Origin: Microcoleaceae cyanobacterium
GTDB taxonomy: Bacteria > Cyanobacteriota > Cyanobacteriia > Cyanobacteriales > Microcoleaceae
Assembly (NCBI GenBank): GCA_051652765.1
Contig: JBOFUV010000065.1
Coordinates: forward strand, 1-52,146
Length of the DNA stretch: 52,146 nucleotides
Direction: 5' to 3'
In this document: piece by piece, positions 40,198-48,713 of the stretch
Numbering within the stretch: the stretch's first letter is position 1
Layout: every line of letters begins with the position of its first letter
The notes under the pieces: generated by a model
What the model saw: only the letters and a program-made list of their open reading frames with translations
Told to the model about the DNA's origin: nothing
The model's database searches: none
Made by a program: the position numbers and the translations under genes

Positions 40198-40866
40198 TTA
40201 GAGGTGGTTAGTCAAAGTCCAATTCTCAATAATTTGGAGCAATTCCTGGGGAGATTGTGCGATCGCGTCTGGGTTATATTGACGTAGAACCTCTGGAGAA
40301 TTAAATCCCCATCTGACGGCAATAACTGTAATCTGGGCTTGTTTTGCCGCGATAATATCGCGGGTTTCATCACCTATATAAATAGCCTGCTCTCGGCGGA
40401 GCTTTTCCCGCTTTAGCAGTCGTCGAATCATCCTGGACTTTCCAAATAAATTAGAGCCTGAATAAATTTCAGTGAAGAGATTTAGAATCTGATGGTTTTG
40501 TAGAACTTGACTGACATTTTCTGTTGTATTTGAAGTAAGAATGTAAAGTAAATGGCCTTGATTTTTGAGTTCTAATAAAACCTCCTTGGTGTGAGGAAAT
40601 AAATTCACCAATTGAATATCTTTTTTCAGTTCTAACCGAACTCGTCGAATCAAAAGTGGCAACTTGATCCAAGAAATCCCTGAACGTTGGACAATTTGCC
40701 GTGTACTTAAATGCTGGAGCTGAACCACTTCCTCTGGCTTGGTGGGGGGATACCCAAACTCTTGAGATAAACGGTTGGTAATCCCAACTAGGACATCCAG
40801 GGTGTCTGCTAAAGTGCCATCAAAATCAAAAATGATGATCTTATTCATGATGTTCTGATAGAGCAA
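40198..40866 (-). CDS. HAD-IA hydrolase (phosphoglycolate phosphatase-like); start probably ATG at about 40848
   Basis: FDFDGTLAD, LTSN and YIGDETRD motifs. Confidence 0.9.
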   Translation of the reverse strand: MLYQNIMNKIIIFDFDGTLADTLDVLVGITNRLSQEFGYPPTKPEEVVQLQHLSTRQIVQRSGISWIKLPLLIRRVRLELKKDIQLVNLFPHTKEVLLELKNQGHLLYILTSNTTENVSQVLQNHQILNLFTEIYSGSNLFGKSRMIRRLLKREKLRREQAIYIGDETRDIIAAKQAQITVIAVRWGFNSPEVLRQYNPDAIAQSPQELLQIIENWTLTNHL

Positions 40867-41178
40867 CCTTCAATTGAATTGGGTACGATTTGAACAAAAA
40901 AAGCCCTTGCGATATCCAGTCTAGTTAATGATATATTCATTATGTTGGCCTATTGCCCGTTAGCACAGCCTCTCTAATAGGCAATCTGCAAACATTCGCA
41001 AGATGATACACTTAATACCTGCATTTAATGTTTGTACTGAATCTTATCTATCTTATTTTATAGAACCAATGAAGCAGACACTCCCTACCCTATACCATTT
41101 CTATGATTTGAGCTTCTACTTGAACAACGTTAAAACAACACAATTAATTACTCTAAATTAAAACTTTAATTGTTAACT

Positions 41179-42924
41179 CTAAGCCAAGAATTCTTCTAGC
41201 TTATGCTGATTCCAAAGAGACTGATACAGTCCTGGCTGTTGAACTAAAACGGCATGGGTTCCTTCCTGAACAATCTCACCCTGATCCATCACTAATATCC
41301 GATCAGCCATCGCTGCAGCAGACATCTGATGAGAAATAAACACAACCGTTTTACGTTGTGCTCCCGTTCTCAGATTACCTAAAATTTCAGTTGCCGTTTG
41401 GTTGTCAACACTAGAAAGGGCATCATCCAAAATTAAGACAGGGGCATCAACAAGCAATGCACGAGCCAGAGCGCCCCGCTGCCGTTGTCCACCAGACAAA
41501 GTAATTCCCCTCTCTCCTACAATCGTGTCATACTTCTGAGGAAAGTTAAGAATTTCACTATGAATTTGAGCAATCTTAGCCGCAGTTTCAATGTCTGATT
41601 GGCTGGCTAGAGGGTTGCCATATCGAATATTGTCTCGAACAGTGGTACTGAATAAAAAACTTTCTTGAGGGACATAGGCGATCGCGCCTCGCAACTCAGA
41701 AAGTCTAAGTTGGGTAATGTCTTGGCCATCCAAAAAGATAGAGTCAATGTCGATATCTAGAAGGCGAGGTAGGGAATTGGCCAAAGTCGATTTTCCTGAA
41801 CCAATCGGCCCAACAATGGCGATGGTCTCCGCAGGTTGAACGGTAAAACTAATCTGTTTGAGTGCTGGGGTTCGACTCTCAGGGTAGCTATAACTCAAAT
41901 GGCGCACATCCAACCACCCCCGCACCGGAGTCGCCAAAGGCAAGGGATCAGGATGATTCTGAATCCTGGGCTTCACCCTCAAAATGGCCTCAATCCGATC
42001 AATACTAACCTCTCCCCGCTGATAAACCGTGATGGTGAATCCGAGCAAAGCGGTTGGAAAGACGAGACGTTCGACGTAGAGAATAAGCGCTACAAAATTT
42101 CCGATACTAAGCTGGCCGCTGGCAATGACCCCACTCCCTGTTGCCAATAACACAAGCAAGCTCAGACTGGCCAATCCGCCCAACAATGGAAACAAAATGT
42201 TGCGGGTTTTGGCTAAGCCTAGGTTCGCTTCTAAAAGTTCTTGATTGTAGTGGGCAAAGGCCCGTTGTTCATTTTCCTCCTGGGCATAAATCTTAATCAG
42301 AGAAATCCCGCTCATGTCTTCCTGGATCAAATCGCTGAGATTAGAAAGTCTTTCCTGCACATCAAGCTGTTGGCTTTGGAGTTGGCCGCTAAACACTTTG
42401 ACTAAAACCAACATTAAGGGGTAAACCAAGATCGAGAGCAACGTTAACCTAGCGTCGATCAGCAGCATGACGGGCAGGGTCAAGCTATAGGCAAATAAAG
42501 TATTGGCCAAGCTCAAGATCGCAAAGCCCAGAAGACGACGGATATTATCTAAATCACTCGTGGCGCGATTAATTAAATCTCCAATTCTATTGTTAGAAAA
42601 ATAAGCAGGCTCCAAGGTCAAAAGATGCTCAAAAATATTTTGTTTGAGGTCAAATTCTACCTGTCGCCCTACTCCAAAAATTAAGATGCGAGAGACCATT
42701 CGGATGATCCACATCAGGGAAGCCAATCCAAAAATCAGGAGTGCCAAACTCGAAATTTGTTTGAACTCAACTGCGGTTTGAAGAGAATCAACCCCGTCCC
42801 GAATCAATAAAGGAATATAGACTCCAATCGCATTAACAACGAGTAATGCTAAAATTCCCCAGGTTGACCTTTGCCAATGGGGACGAATATATTGTCCTAA
42901 TGTTTGAAGTCGAGAATACGCCAT
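41179..42924 (-). CDS. ABC exporter, fused permease/ATP-binding (MdlA/MsbA-like)
   Basis: TM domain followed by GPIGSGKST, LSGGQRQR and LDDALSSVD. Confidence 0.93.
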   Translation of the reverse strand: MAYSRLQTLGQYIRPHWQRSTWGILALLVVNAIGVYIPLLIRDGVDSLQTAVEFKQISSLALLIFGLASLMWIIRMVSRILIFGVGRQVEFDLKQNIFEHLLTLEPAYFSNNRIGDLINRATSDLDNIRRLLGFAILSLANTLFAYSLTLPVMLLIDARLTLLSILVYPLMLVLVKVFSGQLQSQQLDVQERLSNLSDLIQEDMSGISLIKIYAQEENEQRAFAHYNQELLEANLGLAKTRNILFPLLGGLASLSLLVLLATGSGVIASGQLSIGNFVALILYVERLVFPTALLGFTITVYQRGEVSIDRIEAILRVKPRIQNHPDPLPLATPVRGWLDVRHLSYSYPESRTPALKQISFTVQPAETIAIVGPIGSGKSTLANSLPRLLDIDIDSIFLDGQDITQLRLSELRGAIAYVPQESFLFSTTVRDNIRYGNPLASQSDIETAAKIAQIHSEILNFPQKYDTIVGERGITLSGGQRQRGALARALLVDAPVLILDDALSSVDNQTATEILGNLRTGAQRKTVVFISHQMSAAAMADRILVMDQGEIVQEGTHAVLVQQPGLYQSLWNQHKLEEFLA

Positions 42925-42935
42925 CGATTCCTTCT

Positions 42936-44120
42936 CTAATCATCACCGTGAGCAGACGACCGCTGTGGAAACAGCATACACTCTCTAGCCGTAGGCTGGT
43001 TAACCTCTCCTAGACGGGAACCGGGAAAGCGATTCATCCAGCCTTGCAGATAGTCTCGATTGACCTGGCGCTGTTCTAGATCGGAAGTTTCTAGAGGAAA
43101 GGGTGCTAACCCTCGAATCGTTGCAGTTGTCACACAAAACATCGACTTTTGAAAACTCTGACAAATTTGCACTCGTAAATCATCCTCGCCCCGACAACTA
43201 TTGCGATAGATCTCATGCAAGTATTCTGGGAGATAGTGACGCATATCCTGCATCAACTGGGTTGGTGGAATCCCTGGCCCACCAATCGGGAGCGGGTCAG
43301 CATACAATGCACCATAGGTAAAATCTCTCTGCTCTGCTGGAATTTGATGCACTTGAGCATTGTAAGACACCGTACCTGGAAATGGGGTACCCCGAAAGAA
43401 AACTGCTTCAACATAGGGAATCGCCGTATCTGCTAGAAAGGTCAGCCCCGCCGATTTTGGCAGGATGTCATAAACGCGATCATGAATGTCTACTTGATAG
43501 GTAATCGGTTGATTAGCACTTTGAACCAATCCCTGCAAAATGTGCTCGACAACATCAGGAATGGACTGAATTTCACCCCGATCATAGCGATCGGAGAGAT
43601 CAAGAAACATATCGCTCATCACCCGCCAGAACTGTCCTAATGCACTGTAGTAAGCTGATTGCCGAATTTGCTCTGGAATAAATTCAGGAAATAGTCGATG
43701 TAGCATCAACATCAAACTATTACCTTTGAGTTGGGCTTGAGTTGCAGTTTCTGCTAATTGCTGAAACTCGGGTGAATCTAGATACTGATCAAGACCGCCC
43801 CCACCATGCCACATCATGGTTCTCATGCAATACTCAGCATATTCATAATTAATTCGATCATGCCACCAATACTGCAATAACTTTGGCCAATTAACTTCGC
43901 CATTGAAGTATTTGAAAAAGGGAAACAGCACTAAAAATTGGTGATCAGCAATGTAAATCAGGTTGTCAGAATAAGCACCGATCACAATGCCATAGCTCTT
44001 CAAGATCCCAACCACTTCAATAACGTTTTCTGGGGAGTCGGGCAAGAGCGCATCCCCTGATTCAAGGCGGTTAATATAGTCTTCTAAAGGATGAGATTTA
44101 CTGGGAGATCGGGTTGTCAT
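42936..44120 (-). CDS. cupB: CO2 hydration protein CupB (ChpX)
   Basis: VVGILKSYG, HDRINYEYAEYC, YVEAVFFRG and ALYADPLP; downstream of ndhF4-ndhD4; no cupS follows. Confidence 0.92.
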   Translation of the reverse strand: MTTRSPSKSHPLEDYINRLESGDALLPDSPENVIEVVGILKSYGIVIGAYSDNLIYIADHQFLVLFPFFKYFNGEVNWPKLLQYWWHDRINYEYAEYCMRTMMWHGGGGLDQYLDSPEFQQLAETATQAQLKGNSLMLMLHRLFPEFIPEQIRQSAYYSALGQFWRVMSDMFLDLSDRYDRGEIQSIPDVVEHILQGLVQSANQPITYQVDIHDRVYDILPKSAGLTFLADTAIPYVEAVFFRGTPFPGTVSYNAQVHQIPAEQRDFTYGALYADPLPIGGPGIPPTQLMQDMRHYLPEYLHEIYRNSCRGEDDLRVQICQSFQKSMFCVTTATIRGLAPFPLETSDLEQRQVNRDYLQGWMNRFPGSRLGEVNQPTARECMLFPQRSSAHGDD

Positions 44121-44126
44121 ACATTC

Positions 44127-44173
44127 ATCAATTCAACTAATCAATTCAACTAATCAATTCAACTAATCAATTC
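44127..44173. repeat. 13-bp tandem repeat ATCAATTCAACTA x3.6
   Basis: Fills most of the ndhD4-cupB spacer. Confidence 0.9.
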
Positions 44174-44176
44174 TTC

Positions 44177-45691
44177 CTATAAACTGTTTGCGGCCTGAGC
44201 AACAGTAGCTTGGAGATTCACCAGGGCAGTGGTCGATACTTCAGTCAGTTTTATGAGTAAATTGGGTTGGATTCCCAAGATTACCACAACTAAAGCGAGG
44301 GTAATTGCTGGAACGCGATCGCGCCACTGAACTTGAGGTAAATTCACCACTCGATCAGAGAGACGACCAAAGAAAACTCGATTCACCATAATCAGAAAGT
44401 AAACGGAGGTTAAGCCCGTGCCGACCATACACAAAAGTGTTTGAACCGGGAAAGCCTCGATACTGCCCCGAAACACGATAAATTCAGAAATAAATCCCAC
44501 GAGGCCCGGAATTCCAGCGCTAGCCATCACCGCCAAAATCATTAAACTGCCAATCAGCGGCAAACCCCGTTCTGGGTTGAGTAACCCTCGCAGAACGTTC
44601 AAATCCCGACTGCCAGATTTCCGATAAACCACCCCCACCAGCAGGAATAACAGCCCAGAGATTAAACCATGACTAATCATCTGCATCACCGATCCCAGCA
44701 AGCTCAAGGGTGTTGCCGCAGCAAAAGCCAGCAAAATGTATCCCATGTGGGCAATCGAACTGTAGGCTACCATTTTCTTCATATCTGTTTGAGAAATGGC
44801 ACAGAACGCTCCATACAACACACTAACTACGGCCCAAGCTGCCATCCAGGGAGCTACGATCGCCCAAGCATCCGGAAATAAGCCGACCCCAAATCGTAAT
44901 AATCCATAGGTTCCTAGCTTGAGCAAGACCCCTGCCAGCAAGACTGAAATTGGTGTAGAGGCTTCAACGTGAGCATCCGGTAACCAGGTATGAAAAGGAA
45001 CCAGGGGAATTTTAATCCCAAATCCAATCACAATTCCGGTCAGCAAAATTAACTGTGTCGTCATCGGAAGGGCCGCAATCCCCAGGGAGCCAGATCCAAG
45101 CACCTCCAAATCGAAGCTAGGAGCATTGGTCAGCCAAACAATTCCCAGAAATGCAGCCAGAATCAGAATCCCTGAGACTGCCGTGTAGATCAGAAATTTG
45201 GTTGCTGCGTATCCTCGTCGTTTGCCTCCCCAAATGGCAATGAGCAGATACAACGGCACCAATTCCACTTCGTAGAACAATAGAAACAGCAGCAGGTTCT
45301 GGGCCAAAAAACTCCCGACAATCCCTGAGAAAATCAGTAAAATCAGAGCATAATAGAGCCGATGACGCGGAATTTCTAGTTCCGTACTCCAGATTGCAAC
45401 ACTGACTAATAGCCCGTTGAGCACCACTAGCGGAAAAGAAATCCCATCAACTCCTAGATAATAGTTCAGTCCCAACGGTTGAATCCAGGGAATAAACTCA
45501 ACCAGTTGCAAATTAGACAGAGTTGGATCAAACAAGCGAGCCAGAATCAGTGACCAAACCAGTAAGCTGCCTGAAACGAGCAGCGCAATTTGACGGCATT
45601 GTCGAGCAGTTAATCCTGGCCAAAACCCAACTAAACCCGCTCCGATAATAGGAACCCAAATTAAAACACTTAACATCTTGTTTTCAACCAA
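44177..45691 (-). CDS. ndhD4: NDH-1 subunit D4 (CO2 uptake)
   Basis: NuoM family (FHTWLPDAHVEA, LNPERGLP); lies between ndhF4 and cupB. Start probably ATG 45676. Confidence 0.9.
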   Translation of the reverse strand: MVENKMLSVLIWVPIIGAGLVGFWPGLTARQCRQIALLVSGSLLVWSLILARLFDPTLSNLQLVEFIPWIQPLGLNYYLGVDGISFPLVVLNGLLVSVAIWSTELEIPRHRLYYALILLIFSGIVGSFLAQNLLLFLLFYEVELVPLYLLIAIWGGKRRGYAATKFLIYTAVSGILILAAFLGIVWLTNAPSFDLEVLGSGSLGIAALPMTTQLILLTGIVIGFGIKIPLVPFHTWLPDAHVEASTPISVLLAGVLLKLGTYGLLRFGVGLFPDAWAIVAPWMAAWAVVSVLYGAFCAISQTDMKKMVAYSSIAHMGYILLAFAAATPLSLLGSVMQMISHGLISGLLFLLVGVVYRKSGSRDLNVLRGLLNPERGLPLIGSLMILAVMASAGIPGLVGFISEFIVFRGSIEAFPVQTLLCMVGTGLTSVYFLIMVNRVFFGRLSDRVVNLPQVQWRDRVPAITLALVVVILGIQPNLLIKLTEVSTTALVNLQATVAQAANSL

Positions 45692-45915
45692 CCTTCTATA
45701 AACTTTCTATAGCAATCGGAATGATTTCTGATCAGAGTCTCATCACGAGAGTCTCAGTTGTAAAAAGGGTTCCAGCCTGCGCGGGCAACTCCACTTCACA
45801 TTCACAATTCACATTCACAATTCAAATCAGATCAAATCAGATTGTCCGATCGCAACGGAGACTAACTCAACTTTCTAGTACTTTCTAGCAATCTAAACAT
45901 CGGCTCAGAACTCCC

Positions 45916-47790
45916 TTAGAACTGCCACAGCATCAGGGCAATCAGCAGCGCCGTTCCGATCGTAATGGTGAGGACATAGAATTGAGATTGTCCTGAAACA
46001 CTATATTTCAAACTCTCTCCACCCAGAATCGCCCCTAAACCAAACATATTGACAGCTCCATCAATCACATACCGATCAACCCAGGCACTAAAGGCCGAGA
46101 TGCGATTGACCCAAAATACAACTGTAATATTGTAGAAATGACCGATGTAGAAATCATAGGACAATAAGTCCTGAACTGCTTTCCAGGGCAATCTCACAGG
46201 TCGCCCAACCATACCATAGAAATAAATCGCGCTACTAATCACGACTCCCCCTAGGCCCGAGATTAACAACAGGGGCACAGCAGTTTGTTGAATCAGTTCA
46301 GTCAGCCCAGAGACTGGAACTTCGACTAAAGGAGCATTCCAACTTAAAAGCAGTTGCCAGTTCTGCAACATCATCGGAACCAACAACGTGACAATCGTCA
46401 GAGACACAAGGGGCACTGCCATTGGCCAAGCAACCTCTGGGGATCTGCGAGTTTTTGGCTGAGTCTCCCCTGCAAAGACCAAGCCAAACACTCGAGTCAA
46501 ACTGAAGGCTGTCAGTCCATTAACGACGACCAAAATTACCACCAGCCACCAAGGCACATGCCAAAATCCACTGACCCAGCGACGCATCGTCCAAAACGTC
46601 CCCAAAGGCAGGAGCGCCACTGAACCTGCCGCTCCAACCACAAAAGCTACAGTGGTTGCAGGCATCCGTGACCAAAGTCCGCCCATCTCAGTTAAGTCTT
46701 GAGTATTGGTCGTAAGAATCACAGAACCAATACTCATAAATAACAGCGCCTTGGCAATCGCATGGGTAAACAGCAACAGTAAGGCAATATCAGCTTGCTG
46801 CAATCCAACCGCAATAAACACTAGCCCTAGGTAAGCACTGGTTGAGTGAGACAACGCTCGCTTAATATCAATTTGAGCGATCGCCACCAAAGAAGCCCCA
46901 ATCGCCGTTGCTGCTCCTAATAAAATCAAGGCTCCATCAGTCACAGGGGACAAAGCCAACACAGGTTGAAGCTTGATCAAAACATAGGCCCCTGCTCCAA
47001 CAACCACAGAATTTCGTAGAATCGAAGCAGGGTTAGGCCCTTCCATCGCTTCATCTAACCAGAGGTGGAGTGGAAACTGAGCACATTTCCCAATTGGGCC
47101 TGCTATCAAAGCCAAGCCCAGACTATTAGCCACCCAAGGCGATAGCTCCGCCGTCTCTGCCCACAACTCCAGATCTGAGAACGTTAAGCTCCCAGCTAGG
47201 GCAGAAATTGCCACCACCCCCATGAGTAACAAAACATCTCCAACCCGCTTGGTTAAAAATGCATCCCGCGCCGCTGTCACAACTAAGGGTTGAGCATACC
47301 AAAACCCTACCAAAAGATAGGTTGATAGCGTCAACATCTCCAATAACGCATAGGTCAAAAACAAAGAATCACTCAAGACAATCCCACTAATTGCCGCCTC
47401 AAAAAAACCCAGGAGCGCGAAAAATCGGGCGATCGCCCAGTCTTTTTCCATATATCCCAGGGCATAAATTTGAGCAATCAAACTCAGCCCTGTAATTAAC
47501 TCCATGGCCCCAATGCTGACTGGGGAGATCTCCAAGACAAAGGACAAATCCAGGCCCGCTGCCTGCATCCAAGAATATATAAACTGAGTTGGCGGATAAT
47601 CCCAAGTTGCCCGAAACACCACTGAACCATGGACAAAAGCCACAATCGTCATGAACAAATTAAAGTAGGCTGCCGGTCGTGGCCCCGTGCGACGAATAAT
47701 GCCAGTGGCCCAGGGAAGAGTCAGAATGGCACCAATCAAACCATAAAAGGGAATTAGCAAACTCGTTTGTAAGATGAACGGAGTCATCAT
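45916..47790 (-). CDS. ndhF4: NDH-1 subunit F4 (CO2 uptake)
   Basis: TGPRPAAY, GKCAQFPLHLWLDEAMEGPNPAS and PKTRRSPEVAWPM. Confidence 0.9.
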   Translation of the reverse strand: MMTPFILQTSLLIPFYGLIGAILTLPWATGIIRRTGPRPAAYFNLFMTIVAFVHGSVVFRATWDYPPTQFIYSWMQAAGLDLSFVLEISPVSIGAMELITGLSLIAQIYALGYMEKDWAIARFFALLGFFEAAISGIVLSDSLFLTYALLEMLTLSTYLLVGFWYAQPLVVTAARDAFLTKRVGDVLLLMGVVAISALAGSLTFSDLELWAETAELSPWVANSLGLALIAGPIGKCAQFPLHLWLDEAMEGPNPASILRNSVVVGAGAYVLIKLQPVLALSPVTDGALILLGAATAIGASLVAIAQIDIKRALSHSTSAYLGLVFIAVGLQQADIALLLLFTHAIAKALLFMSIGSVILTTNTQDLTEMGGLWSRMPATTVAFVVGAAGSVALLPLGTFWTMRRWVSGFWHVPWWLVVILVVVNGLTAFSLTRVFGLVFAGETQPKTRRSPEVAWPMAVPLVSLTIVTLLVPMMLQNWQLLLSWNAPLVEVPVSGLTELIQQTAVPLLLISGLGGVVISSAIYFYGMVGRPVRLPWKAVQDLLSYDFYIGHFYNITVVFWVNRISAFSAWVDRYVIDGAVNMFGLGAILGGESLKYSVSGQSQFYVLTITIGTALLIALMLWQF

Positions 47791-48050
47791 GGATCAAAAG
47801 TCCTAGAACTATATCTGAAAAAAGTTAGCTTAAAATCTGTTACTTAATTTAATGATTTTCTCACTCTTCGGGAGGTTCGTCCAGATTCTCCTAGGCCAGA
47901 GTATCAACCCAAGATCAAATCCTAGATCTTCAGTTTAATGCTCTACGGTCTGTGGGCTGTGAAAAAGTCTTCAGTGAAGGGTCAGTGACTCCAAATTCGA
48001 CAGACCCCAATTGAACGCGGCACTTGAATTCTGTAGAGCAGGTGATACCC

Positions 48051-48115
48051 TGGCTTGAGTAACAGAGCCCAACCTTGGGGCGAGGGGGTTGCAGGTTCAA
48101 ATCCTGTCATCCCGA
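48051..48115 (+). pseudogene. Degenerate tRNA-Pro(TGG) remnant / att-like tRNA 3' end
   Basis: Intact T-arm GCAGG-TTCAAAT-CCTGT and 3' acceptor CATCCCG-A; CT-TGG-GG sits in anticodon-loop register. The anticodon stem has 3 mismatches and there is no 5' CGGGATG. Confidence 0.7.
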
Positions 48116-48311
48116 TAGGCTGAACCATGGATATGGCAGGCCAAAAGGCTTTCAGATTAAGGGCTCTAGAATTGGAACAACGCGCCGACTACAGGGCCGA
48201 CGATAAGAAAGTAAAACCCGATCCTAAAACCCTCGAAAAGTATAGATCCGCAGACAACCCGTAGGCCCACTTTTTTAAAGATTCTGTAAAAAATGCTGCC
48301 AGAACATTAGT

Positions 48312-48341
48312 TTTAATACTTTCGTAACTTTTGCTTAATCT
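48312..48341 (+). promoter_or_regulatory. Putative SphR (PhoB) Pho box
   Basis: TTTAATAC-ttt-CGTAACTT-ttg-CTTAATCT: three CTTAACCT-like octamers at 11-bp period upstream of a nucleotidase gene. Confidence 0.55.
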
Positions 48342-48713
48342 TAAACTTTTATGTTCTTAAAAAGGGTGAGTTTGATCGTAAATCCGACTCGTTGACAACA
48401 GCACTAAATTTTTCCTACGTTCTGGATTTAGTGTCAAAGTTTTGGGGCATCCTCACAGATCAAGTTTTTAGTGCCGAATTGCGGTTCACTCATTCCTGAT
48501 TAGGCTAGTCAACTTGACAGTTCTCTCAATTGTCAACTCGGATTTGGAAAAAATGCTCTTGGTTTAAATGACACCTTAAGAGCATTTCAAGATCGCTTTA
48601 GTTCATGAGTTTAGGTGCAGCCCTGTGTAATTGACTCTGTCAATTTACTTTGTATTACTTTGTAATTTACTCCGAACAACTTTACTAACGTTTCATTGGA
48701 GAAACTCTCTACC

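Noticed and set aside
48041..48115. Functional tRNA-Pro gene
   Set aside because: No 5' acceptor strand and the anticodon stem is unpaired; kept only as a remnant.
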